Positions 1 through 8,338 of a DNA stretch of 28,261 bases are shown one piece after another; the stretch's first letter is position 1; each line of letters starts with the position of its first letter. Source of the stretch: Myxococcota bacterium (GTDB lineage Bacteria; Myxococcota_A; UBA9160; UBA4427); contig JAYZFK010000053.1 of NCBI GenBank assembly GCA_036336835.1, positions 1 to 28,261 of the forward strand. Direction: 5' to 3'. The position numbers and the translations under genes are program-made. The notes beneath the pieces were generated by a model that was not told the origin of the DNA, did no database searches, and saw nothing but the letters and a program-made list of their open reading frames with translations.

Positions 1-506
1 CAGATCTTCTGGCCGTTGATGCGGAAGTGGTCGCCCTCGTCTTCGCAGCGCGTCTGCAGCGATGCCAGGTCGCTGCCCGCACCCGGTTCGCTGTAGCCCT
101 GGCACCAGCGTATGCGGCCCTCGACGATCGCGCGCAGGTGCTCCTGCTTCTGCTCCTCGCTGCCGTACTCGAGCAGCGTCGGTCCGAGCATGGTGATGCC
201 GAGATTGATCAGCGGGGGTTTTGCCTGCACGCGAGCCATCTCCTGCGCCAGCACCCTGGCGTGGGCGGCGTCGAGCCCGCCACCGCCGTACTTCTTCGGC
301 CAGGTTGGAACCGTCCAGCCGCGTTCGGCCATTGTCCGCATCCAGCGCTCGCCGTCTTCCTCGGGCTGGAGGAACTCGCGCTGGCGTCCACCCCAGTTCA
401 TGGTGCCGGTCGGGTCTGCTGGGCCGCGCATCGTGGCCGGGCAGTCGGCCTCCAGAAACTCTCGAACTTCCTGTCGAAACGGTTCGAGCACCTTGAGATC
501 ACTCAT
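1..506 (-). CDS. Acyl-CoA dehydrogenase family protein (5' part; runs off the left edge)
   Basis: Not in the ORF track. Manual translation from ATG 506 gives MSDLKVLEPFRQEVREFL...GWTVPTWPKKYGGGGL...LGPTLLEYGSEEQKQEHL...WCQGYSEPGAGSDLASLQTR...INGQK, which contains the classic ACAD motifs. Confidence 0.95.
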   Translation of the reverse strand, partial: MSDLKVLEPFRQEVREFLEADCPATMRGPADPTGTMNWGGRQREFLQPEEDGERWMRTMAERGWTVPTWPKKYGGGGLDAAHARVLAQEMARVQAKPPLINLGITMLGPTLLEYGSEEQKQEHLRAIVEGRIRWCQGYSEPGAGSDLASLQTRCEDEGDHFRINGQKI

Positions 507-688
507 GCTTGGAATCTCACCATTGGATCGTGCGGTTGCTCGAGGGGCGCGGCACCAAGCCTTTCTGCGCTCGGCGCGGCGCCGCAGTCTAGCCGATGCC
601 GAAGCAGAGTTGGCATTCCGGGTATCGCGGGCGACCGCCCCAGCGCACCCGGAGGCCGTGTTTGCGAGAGGGTCGTAGAGGCGGACTT

Positions 689-1159
689 CTATTGGCGGAT
701 CTCGAATACGGAGGCGATCTCGACCGCCACGCCGAACGGCAACGCGTTCGTGCCAACTGCGAACCGCGAGTGCCGTCCGGCGTCGCCGAACACCTCGACC
801 ATCAGAGCGGAGGCCGCGTCGATCACGGCAGGCTGCTGCTCGAAGTCGGCCGTGCAGCGCACGAAGCCCTGGAGCTGGACGCAGCGTTGCACGCGGTCCA
901 GGTCGCCGTCACACGCCTGTCGCAACTGGGCCAGGATGCCGAGCCCGCAGGCTCGTGCGGCGGCCCGGCCCTGCTCGAGACTGAGGTCGTCGCCCACGGT
1001 GCCCTGCCATGCGAGCTTGCCGTCGTCCCACGGCACCTGGCCGGAGATGAAGACCGTATTGCCGGCGAGCACGAACGGCAGGTAGTTGGCTGCGGGTGCC
1101 GGGGCTTCGGCTAGGCAGATGCCCAGTCGGGAGAGGCGGCTGTCGATGTGTCCGGCCAT
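689..1159 (-). CDS. RidA/YjgF/UK114 family protein
   Basis: Motifs PAPAANYLPFV, VFISGQVP, QPAVIDAAS and HSRFAVG..LPFGVAVEI. Confidence 0.9.
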   Translation of the reverse strand: MAGHIDSRLSRLGICLAEAPAPAANYLPFVLAGNTVFISGQVPWDDGKLAWQGTVGDDLSLEQGRAAARACGLGILAQLRQACDGDLDRVQRCVQLQGFVRCTADFEQQPAVIDAASALMVEVFGDAGRHSRFAVGTNALPFGVAVEIASVFEIRQ

Positions 1160-1271
1160 GCGCTCGTTGTAACACGGCTGGAGCTCGGCCCGAGGGGTTG
1201 GATCCCATCGAGGAGCCGGCCCGTGGTCCGTCGTCTCGGGGACGAGGGTGCCGGGGCGTCGCTCGGCGCGC

Positions 1272-1697
1272 TCAAGCGGGCTTGAAGTAGGGGAGCGTGA
1301 TTGCCTCGCTGCGCTCGACGAACGCGACTTCGACGGGCAAGCCGATCCGCACGGCGGCGGGGTCGACGTCGATCAGGTTCGTCATCATGAAGAGGTCCGG
1401 CCCGAGTTCCACGATCGCGATCACGTAGGGCACCTTGAACTGCGGCCGCTGCGGGCGGTGGACGACCGTGTAGCTGTAGACCGTCCCTTGGCCGCTCGTC
1501 GTCACCCACTCGAGCGCTTCGGAGAAGCAGTTCGTGCACACGGGCTGCGGAATGAAGATGTGGCTGCCGCAATCGGTGCATCGCTGCACGCGCAGCTCGC
1601 CCACGCGACAGCCGTCCCAGTGGGGCTGAGACAGCGGCGTCGTACGCGGCAGCGGTGTGCCCTCGGGCTGCGGTGCGGTGGGCTCGTCTGCGCTCAC
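1272..1697 (-). CDS. Zn-ribbon/OB-fold protein (DUF35, ChsH2 C-terminal-like); thiolase partner
   Basis: QRCTDCG...VCTNC zinc ribbon, GTVYSYTVVH, PYVIAIVEL, IGLPVEVAF. The GTG start at 1697 overlaps the thiolase stop (GTGA). Confidence 0.92.
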   Translation of the reverse strand: MSADEPTAPQPEGTPLPRTTPLSQPHWDGCRVGELRVQRCTDCGSHIFIPQPVCTNCFSEALEWVTTSGQGTVYSYTVVHRPQRPQFKVPYVIAIVELGPDLFMMTNLIDVDPAAVRIGLPVEVAFVERSEAITLPYFKPA

Positions 1698-2848
1698 GGT
1701 TGCTCCAGTCCCAGTAGCATCACGTCGTCGAACAGCGCCCCGGCACCGCCATTGCTCGCGATTGCGACTTTGGCCTCCGGCACCTTGAGATCTTTGGGCA
1801 CATCGCCGCGCAGCTGCTGTACTGCCGCCAGCGGCTTCTGGATCAGCTGTGCAAGGCCCGCGTGGCTGAACGACAGCAGCCCGCCGTTGGTTGCGACCGG
1901 CGTCGGTCCATCGATGCGGACGTTGCCCTCGAGTACGTAGCCACCCCCCTCGCCCTCGGGTACGAAGCCGAACGCTTCGAGCTGGCGGATGATCTCGAAC
2001 GAGAATGGGTCGTACAGCTCGAGCGTGTCGACATCCCTCGGCTGCAGACCGCACTGCTCGAAGGCGATTGCCGCTGCGCGGCTGCCCACCTTGCCGTACT
2101 TGTCCCAGACCGGAGACGTCACGTACGCCATTCCCTGCCGATCGCAGCTGCCGCCGAGCAGGTAGACCGGGGTGACGTCGAGGTCGCGCGCGCGCTCGGC
2201 GGTGGTCAGCACCAGAGCGGCGCCGCCCTCGGAGGTGATGCAGCAGTCGAGCAGGTGGAATGGATCGGCAACCATGCGCGACCGGAGTACGTGCTCGGGG
2301 ATGACCTCCTTGCCATAGTGGACCGCACTGGGATTGCGCGCGCCGTTCATCCGGATTGCGGCCGAGACCTCCGCCAGCGCTTCTTGCGGCGTGCCGTAGA
2401 GGTGCATGTGTCGCTGTGCGATCAGTGCAAACTCGGCGGCGGTGTAGAGACCCCAGCACTCGACGAACTCGTTGGCCGGCCGTGTCCAGGAGACCGTCGA
2501 TGCGTGGTCGGTGTACTCGCCGCACTGGGCGGCGGCGATGATCGCGGTGTGGCACTGGCCGGTTGCGATGGCTGCCGCCGCCTCCAGGACGCCTGCGATC
2601 CCCGACTCGGCGCCGGTCCAGCACGGCTGCCCACCCAGCATGTACGCGCCATCGCGCGAGCTCAGCCGCCAGACCCAGCTGTGGATATTGATGCCGTCGA
2701 CGTCCTTGGGCGTCAGGCCCGCTTCGGTCAGGCCGCCGCGGATTGCGTCGATCAGCAGCGCCGGCTCCGTCCAGTCCTTGAGTATCTTGGCTTGCGGGGT
2801 GTTGTAGGCGCCTACGATTGCGACGTCGTGCAGCGGATTGCGGGGCAT
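1694..2848 (-). CDS. SCP2-thiolase-like protein (Ltp2-type; lacks the N-terminal catalytic Cys)
   Basis: ATG 2848 preceded by GAGGA. Motifs VAIVGA, SRMVADPFHLLDCCITSEGGAALV, ELYDPFSF and TNGGLLSFSH. Confidence 0.9.
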   Translation of the reverse strand: MPRNPLHDVAIVGAYNTPQAKILKDWTEPALLIDAIRGGLTEAGLTPKDVDGINIHSWVWRLSSRDGAYMLGGQPCWTGAESGIAGVLEAAAAIATGQCHTAIIAAAQCGEYTDHASTVSWTRPANEFVECWGLYTAAEFALIAQRHMHLYGTPQEALAEVSAAIRMNGARNPSAVHYGKEVIPEHVLRSRMVADPFHLLDCCITSEGGAALVLTTAERARDLDVTPVYLLGGSCDRQGMAYVTSPVWDKYGKVGSRAAAIAFEQCGLQPRDVDTLELYDPFSFEIIRQLEAFGFVPEGEGGGYVLEGNVRIDGPTPVATNGGLLSFSHAGLAQLIQKPLAAVQQLRGDVPKDLKVPEAKVAIASNGGAGALFDDVMLLGLEQP

Positions 2849-2917
2849 CGTTCCTCGACAGGGATGAGTGGCGCCGCGTACCCTACCACGTCCGCCCGAA
2901 CGGAACGGAGATCGTCG

Positions 2918-3574
2918 ATGCCCAAATCCAGCTGGCTCAGCGAAGCCCTCCACGGCTACATCGTCGACCACAGCGAGCCGGTCGATCCCGTGCTTCGCGA
3001 ACTCGGCGAGGAGACGGCCCGCGTGGCCGGCCCGCTGGCCATGATGGAGATCGCGCCCGAGCAGGGCGCGTTCATGGAGCTGCTGGTGCGACTCTGCGGG
3101 GCGAAGAGCGCGGTCGAGGTCGGCACCTTCACCGGTCACTCGTCGATCAGCATCGCGCGCGGGCTCCCCGACGACGGGAAGCTCCTGTGCCTCGATGTCA
3201 GTGAGGAGTGGACGGCAATTGCGCGACGCTACTGGGAGAAGGCGGGTGTGGCCGACAAGATCGAGCTGCGCCTGGCTCCAGCGGCCGCTACGCTCGCGGG
3301 CCTGCCGCAGGACATGCAGTTCGAGTTCGCCTTCATCGACGCCGACAAGCAGGGCTATCCGGCCTACTACGAGGAAATCCTTCGACGCATGCCTGTCGGC
3401 GGCCTGATCGTGTGTGACAACGTCCTGTGGGGTGGATCCGTGGTCGATCCGGAGAACCAGCAGGAGTCGACGGTGGCCATCCGGGACTTCAACGACCTCG
3501 TGATCGCCGACGAGCGAGTCGAAGTCTCGATGATCCCGGTCGGCGATGGACTGCTACTGGCCCGCAAGCGCTAG
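2918..3574 (+). CDS. Cation-dependent SAM O-methyltransferase (CCoAOMT/COMT-like)
   Basis: GGAG RBS before ATG 2918. Motifs EVGTFTGHS, FIDADK..Y..YYE and DNVLWGG. Confidence 0.93.
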   Translation: MPKSSWLSEALHGYIVDHSEPVDPVLRELGEETARVAGPLAMMEIAPEQGAFMELLVRLCGAKSAVEVGTFTGHSSISIARGLPDDGKLLCLDVSEEWTAIARRYWEKAGVADKIELRLAPAAATLAGLPQDMQFEFAFIDADKQGYPAYYEEILRRMPVGGLIVCDNVLWGGSVVDPENQQESTVAIRDFNDLVIADERVEVSMIPVGDGLLLARKR

Positions 3575-3603
3575 CAATGCTCGAAGCTGGAAGGAGAGAC
3601 TAG

Positions 3604-4365
3604 ATGGAGGTCGATGGATTGCGCGCCGTCGTGGTGGGCGGCGCTTCGGGGATGGCGCGGGCGACCGCAACGCTGTTGGCCGAGGGCGGAGCGCGGATCG
3701 CGATCTTCGATCTGCCGGCGTCGTCCGGCAAGCAGGTCGCCGAGGAGCTCGGCGGCTCGTTCTTCGAGCTCGATATCACCGACGAGGAGGGTGTTGCCAC
3801 GGCGATCCAGGCCGCTGCCGACGCGCTGGGCGGAATCGACGCGGGGATCAACGTCGCGGGCGGCGGTGTCAGCGCGCGCACCGTGTCGCGCAAGGGGCCG
3901 CACTCGCTCGAAGACTTCAAGCGAACGATCGACTTGAATCTCGTTGCGACCTTCAACCTGCTGCGACTCGAAGCGGATGTGATGAGCCGCAACGACCCGA
4001 ACGAGCACGGCGAACGCGGCGTAGTCATCAACACCGCCTCGATCGCGGCCTTCGAGGGCCAGATCGGGCAGGTCGCCTACGCGGCAGCCAAATCCGGCAT
4101 CGTCGGCATGACCTTCGTGGCGGCCCGCGATCTCGGCACGCTCGGAATTCGGGTGAACGCGATTGCACCGAGTCTGTTCGATACAGGGCTCACCCACCTG
4201 GCTCCGCAGGAGATGAAGGACGCGCTGACCGCTGATGCTGCGTTCCCCCGACGCATGGGCCGGCCGATCGAGTACGCGATGCTGGCCCGGAGCATCATCG
4301 AGAACCCGATGCTCAACGGCGGCACCATCCGGATCGACGGCGCGCAGCGCTTCGCGCCGAAGTAG
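3604..4365 (+). CDS. SDR, type II 3-hydroxyacyl-CoA dehydrogenase (HSD17B10-like)
   Basis: GGASGMA, ERGVVINTASIAAFEGQIGQVAYAAAK and NPMLNGGTIRIDGA are signatures of the HSD10 subfamily. AAGGAG RBS. Confidence 0.92.
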   Translation: MEVDGLRAVVVGGASGMARATATLLAEGGARIAIFDLPASSGKQVAEELGGSFFELDITDEEGVATAIQAAADALGGIDAGINVAGGGVSARTVSRKGPHSLEDFKRTIDLNLVATFNLLRLEADVMSRNDPNEHGERGVVINTASIAAFEGQIGQVAYAAAKSGIVGMTFVAARDLGTLGIRVNAIAPSLFDTGLTHLAPQEMKDALTADAAFPRRMGRPIEYAMLARSIIENPMLNGGTIRIDGAQRFAPK

Positions 4366-4413
4366 CGAGAAGCGCCGCCAGGCCGGCTGCGGAAACGTCG
4401 AAGCCCCGTCGGC

Positions 4414-6219
4414 TCACATCGCCTGTTCCTGGATCCACCGCTCGACCTGTCGGCGCAGCGTCGGCAGCGGGACCGCGCCGCCGAGCAGCACCGCGTCGTG
4501 GAAGCCACGGATGTCGAAGCGCTCTCCGAGGCGCTCCATCGCCTGCTCGCGCAGCTGCAGGATCTCGAGCTGTCCGGCCTTGTACGCCAGCGCCTGTCCC
4601 GGGTTCGTGATGTAGCGACCCACCTCGGTCTCGATGTCGTGGTTGGGAAGAGCCGTGTGGCTCAGCATGAACCGGACCGCCTGCTCGCGAGTCCAGCCCA
4701 GTTCGTGCAGTCCCGTATCGACCACCAGCCGCGCCGCGCGCCACGCGTCCGCGTTGAGCTGCCCGATGCGATCGAGCGGGCTGTCGTACAGCCCCATCCT
4801 GACCGCCAGGCGCTCGGCGTACAGGCCCCAGCCCTCGGTGAAGGCCGTCGTCACCGCGTACTTGCGGAAGGCCGGCATCGCGCCGAGTTCCTGGGACAGA
4901 GCGATCTGCAGGTGGTGTCCCGGGATCGCCTCGTGATAGGCCAGCGCCTCGATCCCGAAGCGCGGCCGCAATTCGGGCCGATAGGTGTTGAGGTAGAAGC
5001 GTCCGATACGGGCATCCTTCGGGCCGCTCATCGAGTAATAGCCCGCAGGCGATGCGGGAGCGCGATAGGCGGGGACGGGCTCGACCTCGCAGCGCGCCTT
5101 CGGCAGCGCACCGAAGTAGGCCGGGAGTGCTGCCTCGGCTTGAGCCAGCGCGGCCTCGGCCCGCGCCACCATCTCGGCCCCGCTGGCGAATCGGAGCTCG
5201 GGGTCGAGGCGCAGGCGCCACATCAGCTGCTCGACTCCCGCGTTTCCGAGCTCGCTCTCGCCGATCGCGACCATCTCGGCGTTGAGCCGCGCGATCTCGA
5301 TCAGCCCTCGTCGGTGGAGCGACGCGGCGGTGGCGTCTGGCAGGGTCGTCTGCTCGCGCACGCGAGTGGCATAACAGGCCTCGCCGTTCGGGATGCCGGC
5401 GATGCCCTCGTTGTCGACGCCGCGCGCCTGCGGCGCGATCTCGTCGCGCAGGAATCGGGCGTAGCGCGCGAGCGCAGGCTTCACCAGCGATTCGACCGCC
5501 TCGCGCAGGTCGCGGGCGAACGCGGCGCGCGCCCCCGGCGGCCAGCCGGGTTGCCTCCTGTCTGCTGGCTCGAGCAGCGGGGACTCCGGCTTTGCGATGT
5601 CCCGTTCGATCATTGCTGCCATCAGTCGTACGGCTTCGGCGTTCGCGACGTAGCCTCGCTCGAGCCCGAGCCGCAGGTTGGCCGTACGCTGCGCGAGCAC
5701 GCGGGGTATCTCGCGGTAGCGGTGCACGAGGTTGGCGGCGTCCTGCTCGGAACGGAGCGTGTGCAGCACCGTGAGGTTGTTGAACTCGTTGAGCACATTG
5801 TCGAGGTGCGGGTCGATCGACCACAGATCGAATTCGCAGATCGAGGTCGCGAGGCGGCCCTCGATCGTCGAGACGAAGATCTCGACCGTCGTCGAGTCGG
5901 CGGGCGAGAGTCCCTTCGAGCGTGCGATTCGTCGCGCCCGGTCGACGAATCGTTGCAGGCGATCGCGGCTGGCGAGCACGCCGGCGTGCGACGCGTCCGC
6001 CAGGCGGTCGTCGAAGCGCCGCAGCCCGATCCGCGTCGCGAAGACCGGGTAGCGCTCGAGCGTCCAGGCCCAGTGGTCGTCGAGCAGGCGCTGCAGGTCC
6101 CGCTGCTCGACTCCCGCATGGGCGTCTGCGGGCAGCCAGGTGCGATCCGGCGCGAACGGGGTGGGGCCGCCGGCACATCCCAGGGCGATGGCCAGGGCAA
6201 CACACAGCGATCTCTTCAC
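4414..6219 (-). CDS. DUF885 family lipoprotein (putative zinc metallopeptidase)
   Basis: GTG 6219 with upstream GGAGG and lipobox ALGC. Motifs HEAIPGHHLQ, FTEGWGLYAE, RAARLVVDTGLH and PGQALAYK.G. Confidence 0.9.
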   Translation of the reverse strand: MKRSLCVALAIALGCAGGPTPFAPDRTWLPADAHAGVEQRDLQRLLDDHWAWTLERYPVFATRIGLRRFDDRLADASHAGVLASRDRLQRFVDRARRIARSKGLSPADSTTVEIFVSTIEGRLATSICEFDLWSIDPHLDNVLNEFNNLTVLHTLRSEQDAANLVHRYREIPRVLAQRTANLRLGLERGYVANAEAVRLMAAMIERDIAKPESPLLEPADRRQPGWPPGARAAFARDLREAVESLVKPALARYARFLRDEIAPQARGVDNEGIAGIPNGEACYATRVREQTTLPDATAASLHRRGLIEIARLNAEMVAIGESELGNAGVEQLMWRLRLDPELRFASGAEMVARAEAALAQAEAALPAYFGALPKARCEVEPVPAYRAPASPAGYYSMSGPKDARIGRFYLNTYRPELRPRFGIEALAYHEAIPGHHLQIALSQELGAMPAFRKYAVTTAFTEGWGLYAERLAVRMGLYDSPLDRIGQLNADAWRAARLVVDTGLHELGWTREQAVRFMLSHTALPNHDIETEVGRYITNPGQALAYKAGQLEILQLREQAMERLGERFDIRGFHDAVLLGGAVPLPTLRRQVERWIQEQAM

Positions 6220-6359
6220 CCGGGGCGCCTCCACTGCAGGCCGCGTCGCGGCGGATGCTGGCGCAATCGGGCGCCGATGTCACAGGCCGCGAATCGCGAC
6301 CCGCACGCGCCGCGGCCGCGACCGGGGCTCGCCGCGCTCGGCGGCACTGGCCGAGGCCG

Positions 6360-8183
6360 TCAGTCCGTGCGCAACGCCAGTCCCAGCTCTTCGCAGACGC
6401 TGGTCGTTTGCACCGGGGCGTAGCGCGGGAACGACTCGGCCAGTACGGCGAGGCTCTCGCAGCGCTCGGTGTCGCTGAAGCGATCGTCGCGCACCAGGCG
6501 AGCCGCCAGCCGCTGCGCGGTCACGAAGTCGGCGGACATGCGCAGGCCGCCGTCCCGCTCGGTGTCGAACACGATGAAGCGAGGACTGTCCTCGCCGAAA
6601 TCGTCCCACGCCGTCCAGTGCGGGAGGTCGCCGCCGCTACCGCGGCCGGGCTCGCCGCTGCGCGCGAACTGCGCCCAGTAGCTTCCCATGCGAGCGGAGA
6701 GCTGCTCGCGCCCGGGCGTGTTCTCCTTGCTCACGAGCAGTGCGTCCATCGGTCCGAGGCTCGCCACGCCCATCACGAAGGGGATCTCGAGGCCGTGTGC
6801 TGCGCCGACCAGCCGCGTCAGGTCGGTGCCCCAGCGTGTCGGCTGCTCGTCCCAGTCGAAACGGTAGGCGAACACGCTCGGCCCCTGGACACGGCGCATC
6901 TCGATCGCGATCTCGTCGACCCCCGCCGCCTTCCACGCGTCGCTGCCGTACTCCGCATCGCGCTCGTAGCGGACCGGGTCGCGCAGGCGCGGCAGCAGGC
7001 CAAACAGCTTCCAGACGTGTTCGGGGTCGAACATCATGAACAGCTTGCTCTCGTCGCGGTTGCTGCCGAGGATGGTCGGCACGCGCGTGTAGTCGCCGCG
7101 CGCAAAGCGATCGATCATCTGACCCTCGCGGACCACCGTACCCTCTCGGATGGTGAGCGGGAGGGTGTCCATCGTCGCGTCGCCGAGCTCGTTGAGCACG
7201 GCCATCAGCTGGTCAGGCGAGCGGCTGCGCAAGAACGTTCGCGTCGCCTCGGCTGTCATCGCTTCGGCGTGTGCGCGCGCCGATTCGCGGTCGCTGGCGA
7301 TCTCCGCGTCGACGAGCAGCTGGGCGAGGACCTCGCGCGAGCTGAACTTGCGTCCGGGTTCGTCCGCGTCGCTCCAGTTTTCGGCCTCCGTAACGCTGGC
7401 CGACCAGGTGCCGCCGCTCTGGGCGATCGCTCGGTGGAACAAGCCCTTGGCCGGCGGGGACAGCAGCAGTGCGATCACGTCGTTGCCGCCGGCCGATTCC
7501 CCGAAGATCGTGACGTTGTCGGGGTCGCCGCCGAATGCGCCGATGTTGTCGCGCACCCAGCGCAGACCGAGGATCAGATCGAGCGTGCCGAAGTTGCCCG
7601 AGCGGTCGAATGCGTCGTCGTCCCCTGTCCAGAGAGCCTCGTGGCGGAACCAGCCGAACAGCCCGAGTCGGTAGTTGAGTGCGACGACGAGGGTGTCGTG
7701 CGTCACGGCAAAGCGACTCCAGTCGTACGTTCCGCTCTCTCCCATCATGTTGCCGCCGCCGTGGATCCACACCATCACCGGAAGGCGCGCGTCCCCCACC
7801 GCGACGCCGGCAGGCGGAGGCGGCGGCGCGAACACGTTGAGCGTCAAGCAGTCCTCGCTGCCAACGACGCTCTCGGGATCTCGGTCACTCATGAAGGACA
7901 TTGGGAAGTGTACGCACTCCGAGCCCGGAGCCAGTGCCTCGAGCGTGTCCTGCCAGGGAGGCAGCGCGCGCGGCGCGCGCCAGCGAAGCTCGCCGACCGG
8001 TTGTTGGGCGAATGGGACGCCCCGCCAGGCGTGGGCCCCGTCGGCGGATGTGACGCCGACGATGCGCCCGGCGGGAAGCACGCGTTCGGTCGCGAGATCG
8101 GCGACGGGCGCGGGGATCTCGGGTTCGCGAGCGCAGGCGACGGCGAGGCCGAGCAGGGCCAGGGCAGCGAGCTGGCGGGGCAT
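6360..8183 (-). CDS. Type-B carboxylesterase, lipoprotein
   Basis: ATG 8183 with GGAGA RBS and lipobox AVAC. Motifs SEDCLTLNV, WIHGGG, FGESAGG (Ser), GSNRDE (Glu) and AAHGLE (His). Confidence 0.95.
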   Translation of the reverse strand: MPRQLAALALLGLAVACAREPEIPAPVADLATERVLPAGRIVGVTSADGAHAWRGVPFAQQPVGELRWRAPRALPPWQDTLEALAPGSECVHFPMSFMSDRDPESVVGSEDCLTLNVFAPPPPPAGVAVGDARLPVMVWIHGGGNMMGESGTYDWSRFAVTHDTLVVALNYRLGLFGWFRHEALWTGDDDAFDRSGNFGTLDLILGLRWVRDNIGAFGGDPDNVTIFGESAGGNDVIALLLSPPAKGLFHRAIAQSGGTWSASVTEAENWSDADEPGRKFSSREVLAQLLVDAEIASDRESARAHAEAMTAEATRTFLRSRSPDQLMAVLNELGDATMDTLPLTIREGTVVREGQMIDRFARGDYTRVPTILGSNRDESKLFMMFDPEHVWKLFGLLPRLRDPVRYERDAEYGSDAWKAAGVDEIAIEMRRVQGPSVFAYRFDWDEQPTRWGTDLTRLVGAAHGLEIPFVMGVASLGPMDALLVSKENTPGREQLSARMGSYWAQFARSGEPGRGSGGDLPHWTAWDDFGEDSPRFIVFDTERDGGLRMSADFVTAQRLAARLVRDDRFSDTERCESLAVLAESFPRYAPVQTTSVCEELGLALRTD

Positions 8184-8338
8184 GGTGTCTCCAGGGGCGC
8201 GGGTGCTCGAGAACTCTACTCGAAGCAGCTGGTTGCTGGAAGCAGCACGGACAGTTGCCAACCCGGCGCGCGTTGCCGGATGCGCGCGATTCGCCGCGGC
8301 ATGACTCCGAGCCCCGATCCTACGCCTTTCGGGAGCGA

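Noticed and set aside
27..1085. 352-aa plus-strand ORF
   Set aside because: It is antisense to the acyl-CoA dehydrogenase and ridA genes, which carry the real motifs.
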